64,000 nt of DNA from Anthoceros angustus (lineage: Eukaryota; Plantae; Anthocerotophyta). The notes below the pieces were generated by a model. That model was not told where the DNA came from and ran no database searches. It was given only the letters and a program-made list of their open reading frames with translations. The position numbers and the translations under genes were made by a program. Where the stretch lies: the NCBI GenBank assembly GCA_010909165.1, contig MU008181.1:186001-250000 (forward strand), read 5' to 3'. Below, one piece after another: positions 48,059 to 59,558 of this stretch. Position 1 is the stretch's first letter. The number at the start of each line of letters is the position of its first letter.

Positions 48059-50075
48059 ATGGTGCTCTACAACTTCAAAAAGATCACGGTGGTGCCTACG
48101 GGCAAGGATTTTGTGGATATTGTGCTCTCCCGGACCCAGCGGCAGACACCCACAGTGGTGCACAAGGGTTACGCTATCAATCGCATCCGTCAATTCTACA
48201 TGCGCAAGGTGAAATTCACTCAGCAGACCTTTCATGACAAGCTGAGCACCATCATAGACGACTTCCCCCGCCTTGATGATATCCATCCTTTCTATGGTGA
48301 TTTGCTGAATGTCTTGTATGATAAGGACCACTATAAGCTTGCTCTCGGGCAAATAAACACTGCTCGGAATTTGGTGGAGAAGATTGCCAAGGACTATGTC
48401 CGCCTGTTGAAATATGGAGATTCGTTGTACCGGTGCAAGCAGCTCAAGAAGGCAGCGTTGGGCAGGATGTGCACCCTGATGAAAAGGATTGGCCCTAGTC
48501 TGGCCTACCTGGAGCAGGTTAGGCAGCATATGTCACGGCTCCTTCCATTGACCCTAACACTAGGACTATTCTCATATGTGGGTATCCGAATGTGGGAAGA
48601 GTTCCTTCATCAACAAGATAACGAGGGCCGATGTTGATGTGCAGCCGTATGCATTTACTACTAAATCCCTGTTTGTAGGTCACACGGATTATAAATATCT
48701 GAGATGGCAGGTGATTGATACGCCTGGCATTCTGGATCATCCGCTGGAGGACCGTAATACTATCGAAATGCTGAGTGTGACTGCACTTGCCCATCTCCGT
48801 GCAGCTGTGCTTTTTGTTTGTGATCTGTCTGGGGCATGTGGGTATTCTCTAGCACAGCAGGCTGCTCTGTTCCACAGCATCAAGCCCTTGTTTGCGAACA
48901 AGCCTGTGTTGATTGCCTGCAACAAGATCGACTTGCAGCCCTTGGAGACGCTGTCTGAGGATGAGAAACAGCTTCTTGGTGATATGAGGAAGGAGGCTGC
49001 TAGGTGTTCAGCAGGGGTTTTTGCAGATTCTAGCTCTCTGGACGAGGAGGGTTGTTTGCTGACCATGAGCACCATGACAGAGGACGGGGTGATAGCAGTA
49101 AAAAATGCAGCTTGTGAACGTTTGCTTCAGCAAAGGGTGGAGGTGAAGATGAAGTCAAAGAAAATGAATGACTGTTTGAACAGGATACATGTGGCCATGC
49201 CCAAGGCCAGAGATGCGAAGGATCGGCCACCTTGCATTCCACAAGCTGTACTGGACGCGCAGGCAAATGGTGTCACTGTCTCTCAAGGCAGGGTACTCGA
49301 GAGGGACCTGGAGAACAAGCATGGTGGTGCTGGAGTCTATTCTGCCAATCTCCACAAGCACTACTTGCTGCTGGATGAGAGCTGGAAGGATGACATTGTG
49401 CCTGAAATTGTCGATGGTCACAACATTGCAGACTTTGTGGATGCTGACATCCTGCAGAGGCTTGATGAGTTGGAGCGGGAAGAGGCAGCCCGTGAGGCAG
49501 CTGAGGGTGAAGATGAGGACATGGAAGACGCAGAAGAACTCACTGAAGACGAGAAGAAGGCTCTTGCCGCGATTCGGAGGAGGAAGAAACAGCTGCTATT
49601 AGAGCATCGATCAAAGAAAACTGTAGGTCACAGCAAGCCTGTCATGCCAAGGACAGCTGATCGGGATGGCATGTTGTCCACTGACAGAATGGGAAGGCAC
49701 CTTCGCTCCCTAGGCTTGGATCCAAGTGCTGCCATTGAGAGGGCTCGAAGTAGGTCTGTCTCCAGGAGAGGAAGGAAGAGAGATAGGTCAGTCAGCATGC
49801 CTGCTGAGGATGTGGATGCCATGGACATCGATCAGCCCAGCAAGAGACTGAAGACAAGGTCCAGATCTCGCTCACGTCCTGTTCTTGAGGCCCAGCCTGG
49901 AGAGGGCTACAAGGACACTACTCAAAAGATCAAGGCCATTAAGCTGGGAAGGAAGGCTGTCAAGCAGAGGAATAAGGATGCCAGGAAGGGTGAGGGTGAT
50001 AGAGTTGTGTACAACCCCAAACCGAAACATCTATTTTCTGGCAAGCGGTCAACAGGGAAGACAGACCGAAGGTAG
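48059..50075 (+). CDS. NOG1: Nucleolar GTP-binding protein 1 (NOG1/GTPBP4), intronless; two 1-nt homopolymer deletions at ~48541 and ~48594
   Basis: [53 protein letters not shown]..., G1 region GYPNVGKSSFIN recoverable by restoring one C and one G, DTPGILD, NKID, and C-terminal [19 protein letters not shown]. Confidence 0.95.
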
Positions 50076-50807
50076 TAAGCTTACCGTGCCCGGATGAAAT
50101 ACGGGTAGGAAGTGTGTTTTTGAGGACTCTGGTAGATAATAGGTAGTGCATTTTGAGGACTCGGCGTCTGGCAGAGTCCTCTGCGAGAGACCTTTTTATT
50201 AATGTGAGGCTTTAGCTGCGTTAGAAGTAGTCTTGCGAAGGACATGTAGGTCGGCCACTTTGTAACATCAACTGGTAGATGGGCTCACCCCATCTCTCCC
50301 CCTCTCAATTGAAGACTTGATTTACAAAGTTAAAGGAGTTAACATGCCTTCTGATTCTCGAATTGCTGCTCCTAATTAGCTACCTAGGAGCTTCAGACCT
50401 CCAAGTGCGAGGAGATCACGTTGTGTGGTGACAAATCACTGCAGAAAGTTTCTGCTTGCTCAGATGAATGCGTGCGTTGAGTTGACAAGGTAGTGCATAA
50501 AGCATGTGCTTGCTATTGTGATCGTGAGATCTGATAAAATAAATTCAATATAAATATGTTAATTACAAATATTTTATGAACCTTTTCTGACACTGATCCC
50601 GCTGAGGGTATGCTTTTTCTCGACAAGAAGCCTTTGCCATCAGGCTACTGATCCATGCACCATGCACCAAAGCCCGTAACTGGATGGAAAGGTGCAGACA
50701 CCAAAGTATGCAGTCAGTTTGGAGAGGGATGGAATCAGGCAAGCACACTCAGCCGCAAGAAAGAAGCATGTCTCTGGCGTACACACTTCAGAATAGGCTT
50801 GTTCTCA

Positions 50808-53800
50808 TTACGGTCGACCCTTGCAACTGCAACAACCAGCCACGAATCGATGGACACGGTACCCATCCCTTACAACAATGTCTCTCTGTTCTAGCCTTGA
50901 CATGATCTCCGTGGAGCTGTGGCAGTCACTGCACATGCGTAGATTCTTGGTTACCACCAGAGGTGTCCCACTCGGAGTGTTCAAGAGGCCAAACGCCAGA
51001 GCTAGCTTCTCAGCATGCCCACATAGCGCATCTTCCTTTTCCTTCTCACCCAGTGGCTTCAACACCAACTTCGTGTGAGGTACGTGTCCTCCTTCCTGCT
51101 TCAGACGCGCATTCGTACTCTCTGCCTTCAGCGCAATATCCTCTCTCCTTTCTCCCACCAGAAATTTTTGTACCTGCTTATTCACCTCAATTGTTGCCAC
51201 TGCAGGTTTCTTGTGAGCCCCTGCTAACATTCTCTGCGTTTCAATCTTGTCTACATCGCTCCACCTACCTGCATCTGCGTAGGCATTGGCCATGAGCACA
51301 TACGCAGACGCCCTGTGAGGGTCCAGCCTAACAATTCTTTCAAAACACCACATAGCCCTCTCTATATCCCCGTGACTTTTGCAGGCATTCAACAAAGTCG
51401 TCAAGCCCACCACATTACTTTGGCCCTCAAAAGACAACAGCATCTTCTCAGCCTCATCCAAATGGCCTGCACGACCAAGAAGATCAATCATGCAATTGTA
51501 ATGCTCAAGAGTAGGTTTGATGCCATGCTGTTCAGCCATGGAATCAAAGTGCTTGCGACCCTCGTGGACGAGATCCGCATGACTGCATGCTAAAAGGCAA
51601 GTAAAAGTAGCATCATAGGCTGAATACCGGCAACTAACATCTCCTCAAAACAAGCTAGTGCCTTGTGACCTTCATCACAAGTACCATACCCAGATATCAG
51701 GGCGGTCCACGTCACCACATTCTTTGTGTTCATGCTGTCAAAAACCTGGCGCGCGTCTTCCAGTTCACCACATTTTGCATACATATCCACCACGCAGGTG
51801 CCCAACACTACGTTATCCAGCAGTCCTCTTTCGACAATCTCCGAGTGCAGCTGCCTGCCCTTCTGTAAGGCACCAGTGCTTGCACAGGCCTTCAGAAGGC
51901 AAGCAAAAGTAACATCGTCAGCCAAAATGAGGCCCGCCTCCTCCATTTGTCCATACACAACAAGCGCCTCTTGGCCGAGTCCTTGCTGTGCATACCCAGC
52001 AATCAGGGCATTCCATGTCACCACATTCTTTGTGGCCAAGCTGTCAAAAACCTGGCGTGCATCTTCCAGTTCACCACATTTTGCATACATGTCCACCAGG
52101 CAGGTGCCCACCACAACGTCATCCAGCAGTCCTCTTTTGACAATCTGCGAGTGCAGCTGCCTGCCCTTCTGTAATGCACCAGTGCTTGCACAGGCCTTCA
52201 GAAGGCAAGCAAAAGTAACCTCATCAGCCAAAATGAGGCCCGCCTCCTGCATTTGTCCATACACAACAAGCGCCTCTAGGCCGAGTCCTTGCTGTGCATA
52301 CCCAGCAATCAGGGTTCCATGTCACCACATCCTTTGTGTTCATGCTGTCAAAAACCTGGCGCATCTTCCAGTTCACCACATTTTGCATACATGTCCACCA
52401 GGCAGGTGCCCAACACTACGTTATCCAGCAGTCCTCTTCGACAATCTGAGTGCAGCTGCCTGCCCTTCTTCTGTAAGGCACCAGTGCTTGCACAGGCCTT
52501 CAGAAGGCAAGCAAAAGTAACATCGTCAGCCAAAATGAGGCCTCCTCCTCCATTTGTCCATACACAAGCGCCTCTTGAGTCCTTGCTGTGCATACCCAGC
52601 AATCAGGGCATTCCATGTCACCACATCCTTTGAGGCCAAGCTGTCAAAAACCTGGCGTGCATCTTCCAGTTCACCACATTTTGCATACATGTCCACCAGG
52701 CGGTGCCCACCACAACGTCATCCAGCAGTCCTCTTTTGACAATCTGAGTGCAGCTGCCTGCCCTTCTGTAAGGCACCAGTGCTTGCACAGGCCTTCAGAA
52801 GGCAAGCAAAAGTAACATCAGCCAAAATGAGGCCCGCCTCCTCCATTTGTCCATACACAACAAGCGCCTCTTGAGTCCTTGCTGTGCATACCCAGCAATC
52901 AGGGTTCCATGTCACCACATCCTTTGTGGCCAAGCTGTCAAAAACCTGGCGTGCATCTTCCAGTTCACCACATTTTGCATACATGTCCACCACGCCGGTG
53001 CCCACCACAACGTCATCCAGGAGTCCTCTTTTGACAATCTGCGAATGCAGCTGCCTGCCCTTCTGTAAGGCACCAGTGCTTGCACAGGCCTTCAGAAGGC
53101 AAGCAAAAGTAACATCAGCCAAAATGAGGCCCGCCTCCTCCATTTGTCCATACACAACAAGCGCCTCTTGAGTCCTTGCTGTGCATACCCAGCAATCAGG
53201 GTCGTCCACGTCACCAAACTCTTTGTGGCCAAGCTGTCAAAAACCTGGCGTGCATCTTCCAGTTCACCACATTTTGCATACATGTCCACCAGGCAGGTGC
53301 CCACCACGACGTCATCCAGCAGTCCTCTTTCGACAATCAGTGAGTGCAGCTGCCTGCCCTTCTGTAAGGCACCAGTGCTTGCACAGGCCTTCAGAAGGCA
53401 AGCAAAAGTAACATGGTCAGCCAAAATGAGGCCTGCCTCCTCCATTTGTCCATACACAACAAGCGCCTCTTGGCTGAGTCCTTGCTGTGCATACCCAGCA
53501 ATCAGGGCATTCCATGTCACCACATCCTTTGTGGCCAAGCTGTCAAAAACCTGGCGTGCATCTTCCACTTCACCACATTTTGCATACATGTCCACCAGGC
53601 AGGTGCCCACGACTACATTATCCACCAGTCCTCTTCTAACAATCAGAGAGTGCAGCTGCCTGCCCTTCTGTAAGGCACCAGTGCTTGCACAGGCCTTCAG
53701 AAGGCAAGCAAAAGTAACGTGGTTAGCCAAAACCAGGCCCTCCTGCTCCATTTGTCCATACACAACAAGTGCCTCATGTCCAAGACCTTGCTGTGCATAG

Positions 53801-55848
53801 CCAGCAATTAGGGCAGTCCATGTCACCACATCCTTTGTGGCCAAGCTGTCAAAAACCTGGTGTGCTTCTCCCAGTTCACCACATTTTGCATACATGTCCA
53901 CCAGGCAATTGCCCAACACTACGTCATCCAGCAGTCCTCTTTCGACAATCTGCGAGTGCAGCTGCCTGCCCTTCTGTAAGGCACCAGTGCCCGCACAGGC
54001 CTTCAGAAGGCAAGCAAAAGTAACATCGTCAGCCAAAAGCAGAGCCTCCTGCTCCATTTGTCCATACACAACAAGCGCCTCATGTCCGAGCCCTTGCTGG
54101 GCATACCCAGCAATCAGGGCATTGCATGTCACCACATCCTTTGTGGCCATGCTGTCAAAAACCTGGCGCGCATCATTCAGTTCACCACATTTTGCATACA
54201 TGTCCACCAGGCAGTTGCCCAACACTACGTCATCCAGCAATCCTCTTTCCACAATCTGTGAGTGCAGCTCCCTGCCCTTCTGTAAGTCACCATTGCTCGC
54301 ACAGGCCTTCAGAAGGCAAGCAAAAGTAACATGGTTAGCCAAAAGCAGGCCCTCTTGCTCCATTTGTCCATACACAAGCAGCGCCTCACGTCCCAGCCCT
54401 TGCTGGGCATATCCAGCTATCAGGGCATTCCATGTCACCACATCCTTTGAGGCCATGCGGTCAAAAACCTGGCGAGCACCTTGCACTTCGCCACATTTTG
54501 CATACATGTCCACCAGGCAGTTGCCAACAAATAAATTAGCAGGAATTCCACTGTGCAACACATCACTGTGCACTTTTCTGCCAGATTCCAAGTCGGAGGC
54601 AAATGCACAAGCTTGAAGGGCAGCGACAAAGACGTGAGCATCGGCCTTCACTCCTGACCTACGCATCTCATGGTAGAGTCGTATGGCCTCCTTAGGTTTC
54701 CCATGCTTAGCATATGCAGAGATTATGGAAGACCACATGAAGGCACTTGGTTTGCCCACCCTGGAGAACACATCCCTGGCCTCCTGCAGACTACCTCGAC
54801 ATGCATACATGCGCAAGATATGGTTCCCCAAGTATGCATCCGACTCGTACCCGAGTTTCACAGTGAGATCATGAACTCGTCGCCCCATAACCAAATCCTT
54901 CTTAGCTGTACACAGTTTTAGCACAGTGTAAAACAGAGACTGAGAAATAGCAAAGTCTGTCTGCGCCAGACATTCCAGGGCTCCAACGGCCTCAGACAGC
55001 TTCCCCTGCTGACATAACGCGATCACGTTTACAGCCGTTACGACGCTCATTTCCGATCCTGCACGCGTGCCAGCTTCAGGATTATCTGGAGAGCTCGACT
55101 TGGAAGGAGACACACCATGACCCATCTGAATATCCAAAGAAACGAGTTGCTCATCAACCCAAGCTGGCTTGAACATGCTGTTTAACCACAGGACCTCGCC
55201 GGACCCCTTCCGCCGGAAATCAGGCGAACGGGAGCTCTTCTTATCTCCTCTCTTGTCCCACCACATGGTAGGGTCCAGAAAAAATTGCTGCCACAGGTGC
55301 TCCTGCTCCTGGCGACGACCATCGTCGGAAAACCCGTCCCCGCCCACACATTTTCTCGGAAGTGCAAGTGCTGGGCTCCTCACCCTGCTCCACCTAGAGC
55401 CTATTTCCGATTCTTCACGCCTCCCAGGTTCAGTCTCATCCGGAAAGATGGACTCGGAAGGAGAGGCATCATGACCCATCTGCATATCCAAGGAAACGAG
55501 CTGCTCATCAACCCAAGCTGGCTTAAACCAGAGCACCTCCCCGGACCCCTTACGCCTGAAGTGAGGCGAACGAAAGCTCTCCTCATCTCGTCTGTTGTCC
55601 CACCACATGGTAGGTTGTTGCCACAACTGCTCCAGCTCCTGGCAACGACCATCGCTGGAAAGCCCGTCCCCACCCACACATTTTCTCGGAGATGGAAGTG
55701 CTGGGCTCCTCACACTCCTGCAACTGGAGGCTTGGTTTGCCAGCGGTTCACTCCCTAAGGTGAGGTGAGCAGGAGCTCCTCGTAGAATCCCTGTACACAC
55801 ACCAATTTCTTGGGTCCACAATGGGTCCGGTTTCCATGCTGTGGCCAT
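50808..55848 (-). CDS. PPR-C: long PLS-class PPR-DYW:KP (GRP) gene with two N-terminal PDF-like motifs and ~12 PLS triplets; frameshifted as assembled (errors or pseudogene)
   Basis: Open from 55848 to ~53170, then multiple 1-4 nt deletions in four repeat units (52260-53220) and a 1-nt deletion at ~51616 (ccta-tgat vs cctaatgat). The C-terminal ORF has [29 protein letters not shown]. Confidence 0.85.
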
Positions 55849-56597
55849 CGTTCATAGTCCAACAAGAGACCGTGGCAGGATGCCCAGGTACTGTACATGA
55901 CCTTTGATGTTTTCTACGTTGGCGACACAAAAGACATGTTAAGGCTCTCTTGATCACATGTGTGGAACTGTTAGGGCCAGGATTTTACAGCGTTTCTTTC
56001 ATGTTAGGAGTAGCAATGAATGCCTGTGCGTGTGTAGCCGGACATCAGGGTATTATGGGTCTGTTATAAGAATGTGTGGATGTTCACAATCTGCTAGGTG
56101 GTAGTCAATTGCTGAAGCGTGAGAAAGGATGCCTCGAGTGAGCACCCTTTAAATTGGTATTGTATTCAGCGTTCAATGGCAATTCAGCAGAACAGGCCAA
56201 GAGCCTGTATCCCCATGCCCCTTGTTTTGGCCACAGGCCATCTCCCTGGCGTTGGAGCCAAGGCCCTTGTCTGTATGGCCGTCCTGTGGTGAAGTGGCGT
56301 GAGCAGAAGTACTAACCCAGGGTGTCCCCGACCATAATCAATGTGCCCCCCAACGAAACACATTGGGCAGACCCTGCTATCGTGAAACTGGGGAAAAGCC
56401 CAGTTTATGGCTTAGGCCAAATGGACACACATTTATAAGAACGCCGTGATTAAGCATCCTGAGCTTAGATCGGTACTTAGATGGGGTGCTTAAAGGGAGT
56501 GGATGCCCTTGGTGCAAGTAGCTTAGCACATCATGGTATAAGTTGTTAAGTACCAAGTCCCATGATGGAAATCCGTCCTTAGTGGACTTAAATAAAA

Positions 56598-56626
56598 TTC
56601 TTCTTCTTCTTCTTCTTCTTCTTCTT
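56598..56626. repeat. (TTC)n microsatellite
   Basis: About 9-10 contiguous TTC units. Confidence 0.95.
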
Positions 56627-59105
56627 AATGTATTTGCATCCGTATGCCCGTGAGAATTATTGTAGTGAACCAGCACATCTTGCCATGCCTGTATGATCAT
56701 GTGCCCGCCCTGCATCTCGTTTTGCCAGACACTAGCAGAATTTGTATGGGTCTATAGGCAGGCACTAACTAACCTTCTGAATTTGCATGTGTGAATGTGT
56801 GTACTACCCCCGGTAAGTTAGAGCAATATTGAACAAAACATTTCTTCAATGCAAAGGGAGAGATTCATTCCATTCTCATCATCTTTGTTACGATGAGAGG
56901 TAGATAAGTATTAGCCATCCGCATCCTTGTCTCACTTTTGACAGGATGGAGCAAACGCATTAAGGACTCCTCTACTAAAGGACTACCACCTCGTCTATTG
57001 GAGTTCTCCAAAGATGTGATCCCTCCAAAATACGGAGGCACTACCTAGTTTACTTGTTGGACATTGATACATCAAAAAACATAATGAGTTAAAATATACT
57101 TAAACAATATATAAATATATATAACATACAGGTGAAGATGGATCTACTATTATATCTATTATAGGACCTTCCCTAAAAAAAATCTTCTTGTAACTCAACT
57201 CCTTTGAAAGAAATTCGCTTTCTCTTTGAAACAAGGAGGCGGCTTGTTCCTGATCTATCTTTAAGTAAAATGCCTAAGGAGAATTTTGCGGAGGGATCAA
57301 AAAGGTGCCCTTGAAATTTACAATTACTCACACAGAGCAAAGATGGGGATTTGTCCTCCCACACCCCCACTGAGCCGGCAACTCACAGACGTAAGCGAAA
57401 CAATGAGCAGGCCAAATCCTGTTCATCTGGCCACCCTGGGAATGCAGCTCCTGCGAGGAAGGAGTTGGAAGTGAGATCTCCAGGAGATGGCAAATTTATA
57501 TGGGAGACATACAAGTGCCTTACTCACTCCTAGCCCGGTTATATTAGTTAGTACTCCAAAGGGTTCTTAGTGTGGGTGCCCCTTGATACATCGGAAATAT
57601 TAACTCAAACCTTGTGCCTCCCAGAGTATAAGAAGGGAGTTCAAAATTAATATTGTATGGGAGACATACAAGTGCCTTGCTCACTCCTGGCCCGTTTGTT
57701 TTTGTTACCACGAGTACTGTACACTACAATCCTGTTTGGCTTTGCTTATTGAGTTTGCCCCAATCTAATAATTGAGAAAGATTTAACCTTGACTCACGTT
57801 GCTCTAACATATGGCTGATAGCTGATGATTTCTCCATTATGATGTGGCACATGAACATCAAACTCCTTCTCATGAAAGCAAGAAGACCATTTTCACCACT
57901 CCATGATACCGCTATATCCTGCCCTCTTGTTTTCCTCGAATTGTGATTTTCTGCACGATGAATGTGCGCGGTGGTTGTGAGCATAAAACCTAGCTATGCT
58001 CCGAATCGTTCACAACCACCTAGCTATGCTCCGAATCCTACCTATCCATGAGCTAAGGATTCCATTATGTAGAAGCTCATATATCCTTATTTTCCTTCCA
58101 TTTCAAATATTTATTTCTTAAGATAAAGTGATCACATTATAAACCTTTGATATTTATTGAAGGCACATTGAACTAGACACATTTAGCCAGTAGTATCTCC
58201 TCGACATGACGCGTGTCGCATATTGCGCAGGGTTTGTTATGGCAGGATTTTAATCGAATTCTCGAATTCAACCCTAATATATGTACTCCAGACGATGTAC
58301 CTAGTCCCGTTCATGTAACCATCAATGACGATTCCAGCCCCCTCCTCGTGACAAATCCTTGCTGTGCGAGCTGGCACATGCCCATGTACCTACATCTCAT
58401 GCGGCTATTCCTCAAGCCATATTCATTTTAACGATTACCGTAAACCTCGTTGCCGACGTCCAGATACATAAGACTAATACAATGCCCTCGTTGCGCACGT
58501 CCAGATACATAAGACAATGCAATGGGTCCTACCCCGACCAACTCGACAGCAAACAACCAAGATATGTCCAGTGTCCAGACATACCAATAGAAAGTCAGAC
58601 TTTTGTGCGCCGTATTGAAATGCACTCCTCCTACTGCCAGCATCGAATGTAATCAGAGCACCAATTGCCTCCAAACGCACTGGAACTGTGCGTGATGCCT
58701 CCCCCCGAAGAGAACATTCCAGCCACAGCCTACCTAGTGCCGGATCCGGCATGCCTTCCGCATACATTATTTACACAGCTGAAGAAAGACATCTCCGAAC
58801 CTCGGATGCAGAGCAGGTAATCGGAATATGGAACCCGCTCTGCTCTGGGCGAGTGGCAACCTACATGCTGGTCGGCCACTTCCCTACCCCCTGCTCCTGT
58901 TCCCATCCACAGACAAACGGATGGAAGACTCTAGCTCTGTTTAACTACTGCCGTTGATGTTCGTCTCGCTCTTCAGATCGTGTCGTGTCAGGCTGCAAAA
59001 ATATCAACCAGCTGCCGCGCAGTGAAGTGTCAGCCAACACTTCCACTTACACCCAGCCCTGACAAATCACCGCCTCCGTCGCCTGGCCCTCCTTCCAAGT
59101 TCCAG

Positions 59106-59558
59106 CTAGCTGCTCGGCTTGCTGGCCTGCCGTGCGCTGTCGGCCTCCCGGGGCTGGTGCGAGGTAGGCAAGTCACTTCCGCTGTCCACCGGGTGAGCGA
59201 GGTAGGTAGGCTTCTCCTCCCCGGCCATGATGACACACACGCTCGGACTTTTCCCCTCCATCGGCGCCATGGCGACGTCGTCGCCCCGGGGCCGGGGATC
59301 CGTCCCCGCACCCTGAGACTGAAAGAAGAGCGGATTTGTGGCGGGATAGTGCATCGCCTGCGCCTGCTGCCGCCGAAACGCTGCCTCCACCCGATCTCGT
59401 TGCCGCTTCCTCCAGCACAGGCAGCATATGAAGAAGAGCGTGAGCGTCAGGATCAACGCCATCCCCGCCACCCCCGTCACGAAATACACCACCGCAGAGT
59501 GCGCCGGCACGCAATCCCCCGCCGCACTCATCCCATAGTAGCGGCACCGCTGGCCCAT
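59106..59558 (-). CDS. GLUTAMINE DUMPER (GDU)-like single-pass membrane protein, ~150 aa
   Basis: HSAVVYFVTGVAGMALILTLTLFFICCLCWRK parallels the GDU transmembrane segment HSPVPYLFGGLAAMLGLIAFALLILACSYWR. C-terminal VCVIMAGEEKPTYLAHP matches the VIMAG motif. The start codon (59558 or 59531) is uncertain. Confidence 0.75.
   Translation of the reverse strand: MGQRCRYYGMSAAGDCVPAHSAVVYFVTGVAGMALILTLTLFFICCLCWRKRQRDRVEAAFRRQQAQAMHYPATNPLFFQSQGAGTDPRPRGDDVAMAPMEGKSPSVCVIMAGEEKPTYLAHPVDSGSDLPTSHQPREADSARQASKPSS

Noticed and set aside
56000-58950. Short ORFs and small direct repeats between PPR-C and the GDU-like gene
   Set aside because: No motif recognised; treated as unannotated intergenic sequence.
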